Part shown: positions 57,971-64,000 of the stretch, piece after piece
Layout: each line of letters opens with the position of its first letter
Position numbering within the stretch: the stretch's first letter is position 1
Origin: a virus
Strand: one strand, 5' to 3'
IMG/VR virus record: IMGVR_UViG_3300037584_005429
Location: 1-64,000 of that record
DNA: 64,000 nucleotides
The notes under the pieces: model-generated
What the model saw: only the letters and a program-made list of their open reading frames with translations
Databases searched by the model: none
What the model was told of the DNA's origin: nothing
Position numbers and translations under genes: made by a program

Positions 57971-59447
57971 AATCTTCACCACCAAAAGCTAAAGAATTTA
58001 AACCACAACTAGTAGCTACGAAAATAGTTATTCCATTTCTAAAATCGTAAAAATCTATTGGTGTTTGTCCATTAGCTGAAGATATCGTGTATCCCGTATA
58101 TTGTACATTTGCCGCAAATATGTTTCCAACCATACCTGCTGTTATAGTATTTGTTAGTGGGTCAACAACATCACCACCAACTGGTACTATAGTAAATAAT
58201 TCAAAACCATCAGGTAAAAATCCTGGTGCTAAAGTAGATGGTGCATTACTATAACTTGCAAATATACCTACTGTACTTTCTGTTATACCAGTAACTTCAA
58301 AACATGGAGTTATATTAGTACCACTATATTCGTTTATATTAGTACCGGAATCCAATGGATAGTAATTAGGTGTTCCTATGGTCCCATAAGTACCGTGATA
58401 CGCGGTTGATGTAAATAATGGTGGTGGAAACACAGAAGGTGTTGGGTTAGGTCCACTTACATTTACTTGATATGGATTACCTCCTGGTGTACTAGGTGAT
58501 AAAGGACCACCCATACCCGCACCAGTAGGTGGGGCTGTAGAGAAGGGTTGAGATAATATTTGTGTATACGTTAGATTAGGTACTGTTATTATTTGACTAA
58601 CTGAAGTTGGTCCCCATGGACCATTATGTGTTATACTAATACTGTACTGTGAAGGATTCACATATTCGTATTCACTAGTTAGAGAAGGATATTGTAAATC
58701 TTCACAACATGGATAGCCGTTTGCATTGAAGGGAACGGAACAGTCACATTCTCCCCAATCAATTCTATATGATGATTTTTGAAATTCTTTATACGAACCA
58801 AAATCTGTTGTGTTATACACCTGTATTTTCATCCCATTACCTGTTGTATTAGCTGTAAAATTAAAATTAGAAAATACTTGTTGTTGGTCTATTCTTCCGT
58901 CCCAAATACTATAATGTCCTATATCGTTATAATCTTGTGTTAAAGTTACTGGAAGTTTATATAAAATACTATCTAAGGGGTCTAAACAACTACATATTTC
59001 TACACTTTCACCCCAAAACGCATTAATACCTTGTGAGTTTAATGACTGATTTATATTTGTATTAGTAACGTCATATATTGTAATTAAATCATTATAACTA
59101 CCAGTATAAAAAGTTGAACCTGAAGTAAGTACTAAACCTTTAAACTGAACATAACTATATCCATCTGGGTTGAAGCAATTAGTTGGGTTTGGACTTAACG
59201 GTTGGTCCCATAGAATTACACACGGATTAGTCGGTGAACAATCTTTTAATTCGGTTGGAAAACTAGACATAACACTACTATCTATAGCATTCATTATTTG
59301 AGAACCTGTTGAGTTGTACATGGTTATCCCAGAACAATTTGTACTAAGGTTTATTGGATAAAAATTTGTTCCTCCAGTACATGGCATTGTCCAAGTACTT
59401 CCAGTATCTGGGGTACTTCTTCTTATTGTAAACTTTTGTATATCCAT
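51510..59447 (-). CDS. Giant Cys/Pro-rich fibre/adhesin: PKD-like domain, CBM5/12-like repeats, many Cys repeats
   Basis: YRIDWG..YEY....YSISIT (PKD-like); W....Y..GD.V....C.Y repeats; W/Y.C..C..G.Y.SL..CQ..C repeats. Confidence 0.7.
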   Translation of the reverse strand: MDIQKFTIRRSTPDTGSTWTMPCTGGTNFYPINLSTNCSGITMYNSTGSQIMNAIDSSVMSSFPTELKDCSPTNPCVILWDQPLSPNPTNCFNPDGYSYVQFKGLVLTSGSTFYTGSYNDLITIYDVTNTNINQSLNSQGINAFWGESVEICSCLDPLDSILYKLPVTLTQDYNDIGHYSIWDGRIDQQQVFSNFNFTANTTGNGMKIQVYNTTDFGSYKEFQKSSYRIDWGECDCSVPFNANGYPCCEDLQYPSLTSEYEYVNPSQYSISITHNGPWGPTSVSQIITVPNLTYTQILSQPFSTAPPTGAGMGGPLSPSTPGGNPYQVNVSGPNPTPSVFPPPLFTSTAYHGTYGTIGTPNYYPLDSGTNINEYSGTNITPCFEVTGITESTVGIFASYSNAPSTLAPGFLPDGFELFTIVPVGGDVVDPLTNTITAGMVGNIFAANVQYTGYTISSANGQTPIDFYDFRNGITIFVATSCGLNSLAFGGEDCFECPEETCEFCLTKDEYIDRVTLTVETITANAPANPPNWSPFVDYVKGDIVYDVTPQSCCCYIAVTDIVQTSNVGGNSPFAGILPHQLYQGVYLNPTGGTDVHVWEACTPDCVTCPTGSALPCADPYSPFNAYSPMGGIGVAGQWDNTQTFNTGEFIYGPDGNCYRALTNVPAGIVPTATTNVSYWDYVGCVSWVCPPDLNNPGPYVCELISGSTPNSFTFYAGPGGCLTEYNNGNCPVDDRWHCPNQYNCDQPGCIQIDYTHPAYSAATYPFSVTFSSMTDCEDWCNPIAWSCTTPTSTPCCSEVSCAALPDADYYDIMTNYILANPQITANNNQLFLDPFYTLNDCENGVPGQGISACCDFTAWEYFCDQGCVQIVGGTYATSGDCASDPNNNNGIPGPCAWLCYDPWVQPCSGGTGFPGSSTCIPCFTPGCGPYTTSAQCCTYCVPPLTSCWVCLSGDATPCQQLSPCPTPLPAWEATWAINPANVPLSGFGANPNPIDPGLLALYPNGSYATAQLCDDNCPTDGGHDCLVNLTDGSSYGNCQNYSNPATLPSGWGWSPGGPYDSFSACCMATGCCDIECDEDSQIFNPASGQYDPSWPYWPCVYISVVGANPPCSPLGPIYCNFTQCTTDNPTGCVPDEVTCECACDPFTGGIGVDQGEWDSVYNAYELYDYVSWQLGSPDVCCYYCDTPIYSNPYPGGFYDCNYFIPGGPDAPNGTPNTWISCGSTPSGATAGIGFGCDPCQQVSGDTYSCDFFNGCTLNVVPCNYVFGQEAANNCYTASTCMDHCKAGCFCDDNGTPADPTDDFTDCVMLQDVINGVTTNTSSWYGFISVFQCQQGILAPPPNNLDCCSGATSKFHCDDTEWCSSLSPCVAPDGCGCIEVFPGDPLYPSAAYTTLADCQENCKWACDASSTGGQCQFVGSNPLGLFPEHTSAFDCWANTNNCNCTAPSVYFCDTNPGQSATTTNCFPETTIQGWITTPPFPGWTQNQVFGQQGNATPYPAGATGFASLSDCQAACRFCCDTTVSCLCDLNPYNFSCAISIGDCISLQAQYPCCPQSTEYCCHATDGCISFVGTMPSDCVHGPFSNPADCQDECNFVCGECKPDLGAIAQPDPCHCSLITIPFLTANPPYLGCTAYNTMSACTTNSYPLGGVGSDNTTCCPCNDCLTAGNVTFPVIDASGNWSLSSVNIPTPIVGSTISAPTWTPGVMYNIADVVTHCDSANTCCCYVMVYDQYDPALHSGMNPSQWYNEYSNFLAANVPNTFPGGQTNGGYPMWVPCDTSCPTTAATTMFECIEGGNLTNSCVTAGNYFLTNADAISVGTTLPMASMSFYMMWIAANPAYHNVPFTGIKVEGNGVVGICITPNGPGTSWRSVGLALGGCPNDAAVDAAIGGGIITTSYADWVAQSTAVGVPGVSLGNSHQQNSTAWQTHCGASNTEGGQNWGGTMGGYNYCCPEYCNCTIAPCYCQPCVTGPNCIYNDLFTCNIAANANPCCQPPTTGYYVCNTGNPDPGTGICPCIWDANATVGYNTLASCTADTTTCCYIPETWSCKGDNTVSSAWTGWNIGVGSNLPYVNQPNGLGLTQSYSNAFTVNPSDASLLLPLGYSNAQVNAIVNAGFYSNAGTALQVLLLKHRAAGYNVNNSTSIPGTNWPAYQTDWVNFVGGTQVDPYGANPGLALTPGCFEETNLNGPGNTYRLKKSKIEFSHPDMMSFTTPSYYHFMWNIAQGCVTPPTWNDLYNPAQGAAGNPAYSPDGFLINLLTVSSKIANDPNTPCNNAPGCSSNSNLCIDVTSSNICRPPCQCAPDPSGIYPSLLDCQQAFNCCEDPTIPDTFDCVNCPGPCNCVDPGNGMGQYTGPTALQDCLADCVDPLLGCDDCDVTLGSLLTGPVNYLGPWSPAALYNINDCVFDPTDGDCCYCCVPAGPSPAGANPYAPESLQSLLFSVSAPARCKDGQPEPSSIVGQNIGGGMWLPCNVDANNDPCVPSVSTECEDCNITLNGYVPPTPVTFPHQSINPAYTSVPFQVGECIYNVDPTNINENCCWCCACELGWDSVLNKCKDPAQPVAPGGTTLQPANLSGSMPPPCQIVGMDPGTGDPNSGQFIVNNGTYHSMWLPCGVNSLNTPCGGANSSSSSSIQPTSSIDPFIQGPN

Positions 59448-59448
59448 C

Positions 59449-60312
59449 CTATGTTGTTACGTATTCATAAAATTTTATTGGTCCATTGACCGTCTCACCT
59501 AATGGTGACAATACAATTCCCGTAGCTCCAGCTACTGAATTATATGGGTGTATAGTATAATTATATTTAGGTGTTGTATTGTATGTTTCTATATTTAAAA
59601 TTACTTGGTAGTAGAAAAAATCTTCAAAACTGTATTGTCCTTGTATTGGTGTCGGTTCTTGATTTAACATTCTCATTACAGTACCAGTTCTAGCATTAAA
59701 AAATTTACATGTCATGTAAAATGTGTTAGCTGTAAATAAGTCTCTATCTTTTAACCATTGTAAATAATAATTTTCATTTGCACCTTCTGGTGCTGAAGCG
59801 GCAGAAAAAGCTGGTGTATATACATCATACAATGGTAGATTTATACCTTGACTTTTTTGTCTCCAATACTCTTCAGGGTCTTCAGCTAAAATTACGGGTA
59901 CTGTTTGTTTTCTACAGTTATTAGTAGGCATTATTGTTGAGAAGAGTAGTTTTTGTTCTTCTCTTACTGGTACATCGAAAAAATCAAATTTAAAAAAACT
60001 TTTAGTAAATGATTGTGAATTTCTAGCCAGCTCTCCATTAGTATAACCTAATATATTAAAATCATTGACATAAGTAGTATTTAAACTATCCCAAAATTCA
60101 AACTCGTAATATATTTCAAAGTTGGGTGGGTAGTTAGGTGTATATCTAGTAGTTTCATAATCTTGTATAAAATTTATATTACTTTGTAATTCAATTTCAT
60201 CATACATTTCTAAAAGTTGTTCTCTACCAACTTCATCAAATATTTGACCTAAAGGTACAACTACTTTCTTATCTTCCGAAGAAGCTTTTATTTGTATTCT
60301 ATTCACAGACAT
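59449..60312 (-). CDS. Putative virion structural protein
   Basis: SFTKSFFKFDFFD, FYMTCKFFNARTG, PIKFYEY; within the structural operon. Confidence 0.6.
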   Translation of the reverse strand: MSVNRIQIKASSEDKKVVVPLGQIFDEVGREQLLEMYDEIELQSNINFIQDYETTRYTPNYPPNFEIYYEFEFWDSLNTTYVNDFNILGYTNGELARNSQSFTKSFFKFDFFDVPVREEQKLLFSTIMPTNNCRKQTVPVILAEDPEEYWRQKSQGINLPLYDVYTPAFSAASAPEGANENYYLQWLKDRDLFTANTFYMTCKFFNARTGTVMRMLNQEPTPIQGQYSFEDFFYYQVILNIETYNTTPKYNYTIHPYNSVAGATGIVLSPLGETVNGPIKFYEYVTT

Positions 60313-62116
60313 CTACAAATTCTGAAACTACATTTATGCTACTAGAGCTATAACCAAACATTACAGGTTCTATTTTAAATTCTGTATTTAAATAAGGGTA
60401 ATGTGCGTCATTTAAAAACGGATAACTAACACCATTATCCCCATCTTCAAAAAAATCTATAGGCAAGATAGGTCTCCACCTAAAGGTACCTTCTGATAAA
60501 GAATAAGTAGCGTATGGGGGTGTTGTAAATAGACTATCTTCATAACTTATAGTTGTGGATAATTTACGTATTGGTATTCTATGGTGTGGTTGATAGTTAT
60601 ATATTGATTTTACATATTGACTAGGTATAGAGGTATTGGGGTATCCCGCAAATTCATACATAGCATCTCTATTAAATTTTAAAGAGTGTTTGATTTCTGA
60701 AATTACTCTTTCTTTTAACTCAAAGGCATTGTATTCAACAAAAGCACCTCTATAGGTAGTACCACTTAAAGGTAGTGGGTCTAAACCATTAGTATTATTT
60801 TGAAATAGGTTTGTGGGGTTTGTATTATTATCGACAAATGGGTCTATGAATCCATTATGTCTAAAGTTCCACTCCCACCCATATCCAGTTGGTGAGTTAG
60901 CGGGAGCCTCATAATGCCACATTAAGTTTCTATTTGTTTGAAAAATTGTTAGATATAATTCTGTCAAAGGTCTATTAAGGTTATCAGAAAATTCTTCCAC
61001 GTCTATATCAAGATTTATATTCCATAAAAAAGATTTAAAATCTTCTATAATTGCTGTTTTATCACCGTAACCATCAGGAGTTCTTCTAGATTTATAAACT
61101 CTACCTTTTTTATTATATATTCCATTTTCAAATCCAGTTCTATCTAATGTATAATCGGATGAATTAGTTATCAATTTATGAATATGGGTACAATAAGTAG
61201 AACGTGTCTCATTAATATTATCTAAATTTATTATACGTTTTATAACACAAAAGGAATTTGTTGGTACGGCTGCTGGGTCTATACCTTTAGTGTATATGTT
61301 TAGGACATAACTTTCTGAATTTGCAAATTCATTACCTAGAAAATCTACCTTGAATATGTTTTGATTAACTGTATTTGATACATTATTTATATCGGAAGTA
61401 ATTGGTACGGTTGGTACTAGGTTTGCTCCACCAAAACTATTAATAGACACACTACTTTGTAATTCTACAAATTCACCTGAAGATATTCCGTGAGGAGATG
61501 CTGTTGTTATTCTTATAGTTTCTTTTCCATCTGTCGTTACTACTTGTATACGAGCTGGTATACCATCCCCACTATTAAAATTAATACCATCTGTACCATC
61601 ACCCATACTAAATGACATAGTTTGTCCTGTATCACAACCTGAAATATAAGATATGTAAGCTACCCAATTATCTTGGTAGGAATCTAAACTACTAAATTGT
61701 GAAGCTGTTGTTATCCCATATCTATATGGTGGCATAAAAGTAAATAAATCTGATGGTGGTAAACCAACACATGGTGGTCCTGTCCAATAACCTAAACCTG
61801 GACTTGCAATCGCGGGGTCTGGACAACCGATATAATCCGGTGTAAAATACATGTATTCCAAAACTCTACTATCGTTAGTTACCCCAGTTATCTGATTACT
61901 ATATAATATATCTATTTTACCATAAGGTCTATATGTTGTGGAGTATTCTCTTTCAAAATCAAATTGGTCTCTTAGGTTAAGAACTAAATTTCTATCACCC
62001 TCTATCATAGCACGTTGTTCTGCTGTTAAAAAAGGTTGTAAACTAATATCTTTATTTTGAGCTCCCGCAAATCTAGATTCACCCCTAACAATTCTTATAT
62101 TTTTTTTATTACTCAT
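60299..62116 (-). CDS. Putative baseplate structural protein
   Basis: FDFEREYSTTYRPYGKI, ITTASPHGISSGEFV, DNLNRPLTELYLT, FRWRPI, YPFLNDAHY. Confidence 0.6.
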   Translation of the reverse strand: MSNKKNIRIVRGESRFAGAQNKDISLQPFLTAEQRAMIEGDRNLVLNLRDQFDFEREYSTTYRPYGKIDILYSNQITGVTNDSRVLEYMYFTPDYIGCPDPAIASPGLGYWTGPPCVGLPPSDLFTFMPPYRYGITTASQFSSLDSYQDNWVAYISYISGCDTGQTMSFSMGDGTDGINFNSGDGIPARIQVVTTDGKETIRITTASPHGISSGEFVELQSSVSINSFGGANLVPTVPITSDINNVSNTVNQNIFKVDFLGNEFANSESYVLNIYTKGIDPAAVPTNSFCVIKRIINLDNINETRSTYCTHIHKLITNSSDYTLDRTGFENGIYNKKGRVYKSRRTPDGYGDKTAIIEDFKSFLWNINLDIDVEEFSDNLNRPLTELYLTIFQTNRNLMWHYEAPANSPTGYGWEWNFRHNGFIDPFVDNNTNPTNLFQNNTNGLDPLPLSGTTYRGAFVEYNAFELKERVISEIKHSLKFNRDAMYEFAGYPNTSIPSQYVKSIYNYQPHHRIPIRKLSTTISYEDSLFTTPPYATYSLSEGTFRWRPILPIDFFEDGDNGVSYPFLNDAHYPYLNTEFKIEPVMFGYSSSSINVVSEFVDVCE

Positions 62117-63999
62117 TATATTACACTATCTGCTAGTTCTTCATCAACATATAATCTAATGAATTTATTATAAGCTGTTTCTCCTGGTCTTAAACCAAAA
62201 TAATAAAATAATGGTTGAGAAAATAACATAGATGGACCTGTATTTTGTGTCATTGGTGGATACGCGTCTCCTGGAGTACCTGGTTGTGGAAAACTATTTA
62301 GTAAACCTACATTAGCTTGATAGTCACCAGAATTTATAGTTGGTGGATTACCTGATGGAACTGTCCAATCATCTCCTTGTGATTGGTATGGTCCTGTAGT
62401 AAACTGCCAATCATTGTTTTCGTTACCAAAACCACCAGAACCATCAACTCTCCAAGTATAAAAAGGTATTACTTGTGAACTACCAGATAAATCATAAGCT
62501 AAACAATCTATTAAATCTGCTCCAGTCATAATTGTTGGTGTGGATGCTGTAAATAAATGTGGTCTCCACTGTATATCGTATGCTGGATTTACATTAACAG
62601 CATAATCAACATAAGTACCACTATTAGCGTAACTGTTTGGTGTTGGGTATTCTATATCTTCTATGATTTGTCCTCCTGGAGGTGGTGCTCCTGGTGGAAC
62701 AGTACAATCACAATTAGTGGTTGTGGTATTAGTTTCATAACCAAATACACCTAACATACAATTTTGCATTAAAGCTTGTGCCATATCACCCCCTATTTCA
62801 TCTTCTGGTCTAGCAAACAAATCACCTAAATTCATATTAGGTTCAGAAGCTTTAAGATTATAAGCATCAGAAACTAAATCTGTTATATCTTGAAACGTTG
62901 TACTGCCTATTTGGTCGGTTACTGAACATTCTTGAGCAAATTCTTCGTCTAAACATATTTGTTGAATGCATTGATTTCTTGAACCCATATCAACTATGGT
63001 AGTTGGGAAATATAAGTGTCTATCCATATCACCTTCCGAATGATTATTAGAACTATTGTTACCTCCTCTAACACCATCTGTATCACCTATAAAACTACCC
63101 GTAGTAGATGTATTCCATCTAAATGGAGAACATCTATAGTAAAAAGTATGGTCGTTAGGGTGTAAATAAACTACTTTTTTACAATATCTCGTACCTGAAG
63201 TATCATAAGTGTCATTAGCCGCGTCATAAGATAATTTAGCTCTAAATTGGAATTGGTATAAAAATCCGTTTACCCAAGCGTTTTCCCAAAAATAATTCAT
63301 TATACCATTACATAACGCGGAAAATACCCTTTCTCTTCTATACCACTCTCTTATTACTACTGTATTAGTATTAAATCCAGCACAAGCTACATTCATACAA
63401 ATTGGTTTAACATAACAACCTCCACCAGCAGCTAAATCATTATCAGCGTCTGTAGAACCACCTAACGCGTTTGGTGGTGGGCTAGAAGTTGTCGAATTGT
63501 ACCCATATGAATCAGGACAACAAACTACATCTCTTTCAACACCAAAAGCATTAGTAGACACCCCACAATCATCATTACTCCAACCATAACCAGATTGTAA
63601 CACAGCCATGTCTGCGTTTGCGTTTGTTCTACACATACAATCTTCACATTCAGGATATTTTTTTTGTCTTAATGTGAATAAAATAAATCCTGATGGTATT
63701 CCGAAAACAGTACATGCTGGTTGACAGGAACTAGACCAACTTAGTTGGGAACAGATGGTTGGTGCTGGTGGAAAGTTTAACATACTAGCTAACCAACTCC
63801 AAGCATTAATTAAGTTGTAAATAGTACAAACTACTGACATTACAACAGCGACTACAACCATTACAATACCAAAAACAGTTGCTATAATACCTATTATTGA
63901 GGTTAATGCTAGATATATAGCGTAAGTAAAAAATAAGATGAATTGGTTTAAAAATATAATAGCTTTTGCTCTTCTAACCGCACTATTAATTGGAAAAAA
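62116..63999 (-). CDS. Large Cys-rich structural protein, N-terminus outside window, with a long hydrophobic segment
   Basis: Frame stays open to the window end (FFPINSAVRRAKAIIFLNQF...); WENAWVNGFLYQF, FPTTIVDMG, FYYFGLRPG motifs. Confidence 0.7.
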   Translation of the reverse strand, partial: FFPINSAVRRAKAIIFLNQFILFFTYAIYLALTSIIGIIATVFGIVMVVVAVVMSVVCTIYNLINAWSWLASMLNFPPAPTICSQLSWSSSCQPACTVFGIPSGFILFTLRQKKYPECEDCMCRTNANADMAVLQSGYGWSNDDCGVSTNAFGVERDVVCCPDSYGYNSTTSSPPPNALGGSTDADNDLAAGGGCYVKPICMNVACAGFNTNTVVIREWYRRERVFSALCNGIMNYFWENAWVNGFLYQFQFRAKLSYDAANDTYDTSGTRYCKKVVYLHPNDHTFYYRCSPFRWNTSTTGSFIGDTDGVRGGNNSSNNHSEGDMDRHLYFPTTIVDMGSRNQCIQQICLDEEFAQECSVTDQIGSTTFQDITDLVSDAYNLKASEPNMNLGDLFARPEDEIGGDMAQALMQNCMLGVFGYETNTTTTNCDCTVPPGAPPPGGQIIEDIEYPTPNSYANSGTYVDYAVNVNPAYDIQWRPHLFTASTPTIMTGADLIDCLAYDLSGSSQVIPFYTWRVDGSGGFGNENNDWQFTTGPYQSQGDDWTVPSGNPPTINSGDYQANVGLLNSFPQPGTPGDAYPPMTQNTGPSMLFSQPLFYYFGLRPGETAYNKFIRLYVDEELADSVI

Positions 64000-64000
64000 C

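Noticed and set aside
51510-59447. Diversity-generating retroelement or CRISPR-like nucleotide repeats in the fibre gene
   Set aside because: Repeats are degenerate and visible only at protein level. I saw no near-identical TR/VR pair, reverse transcriptase or spaced direct repeats, though a by-eye search could miss some.
761-62754. Many short plus-strand ORFs in the track (e.g. 1702-2076, 8496-8852, 18123-18437, 23268-23813, 43937-44371, 55599-55922)
   Set aside because: They are antisense shadows of long minus-strand genes, F/L/S/I-rich as expected from reverse-complemented Lys/Glu codons. Only 3648-3983, 11893-12111 and 13103-13738 occupy their own space and have promoter motifs.
1-64000. 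Stop-codon reassignment (as in Lak or some crAss-like phages)
   Set aside because: Genes are full length and tightly packed under code 11; TAG ends glnII, the DHH gene and 59449-60312 at natural positions, and TGA also serves as a stop.
1-64000. Eukaryotic giant virus or bacterial chromosome origin
   Set aside because: Cys-rich repeats and DnaJ/cyclophilin could suggest an NCLDV, and GS/CysK a bacterium. Sigma-70, peptidoglycan enzymes, gp46/47-like genes, DnaG-type primase, baseplate-like genes and overlapping operons indicate a bacteriophage.

Overview
This is a very AT-rich, gene-dense 64 kb segment of a large tailed dsDNA phage (jumbo/mega-phage, probably myovirus-like). It uses the standard genetic code and almost all genes lie on the minus strand. 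The likely host is Bacteroidota: the phage sigma factor resembles the Bacteroidota primary sigma, TAnnTTTG promoter elements are present, Shine-Dalgarno sites are largely absent, and there are GSII, Hc1-like and DUF6576-like genes. 1-22 kb holds accessory, auxiliary-metabolic and late genes: glutamine synthetase II, DUF192, a DHH phosphoesterase, a cell-wall hydrolase, CysK, cyclophilin, a methyltransferase, a HAD phosphatase, a DruA/DUF4338-like protein, DnaJ, an Hc1 histone-like protein, putative head proteins, a lysis-like cassette, sigma-70 and a glutaredoxin. 22-32 kb holds recombination/replication genes (SbcC/SbcD, exonuclease, primase, RuvC-like) interrupted by a DegT+GT2 sugar module, DUF1360 and a ParB-TM gene. 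32-64 kb is a tail/baseplate/fibre cluster that includes a 2645-aa Cys-rich adhesin. Main leads: (i) a possible phage-encoded virion maturation system for disulfide formation and for glycosylation at a pervasive [ST][GA]x[ST] motif; (ii) enzymes with capsid-targeting-like I-x-E leaders; (iii) two promoter classes giving mostly leaderless mRNAs, a terminator hairpin with a late promoter in its loop in front of the lytic enzyme, and a sigma54-like plus palindrome control region upstream of the phage sigma; (iv) SbcC/SbcD domain re-partitioning. I found no tRNA, rRNA, CRISPR array or transposase. All family calls come from motif recognition by eye, with no database search.
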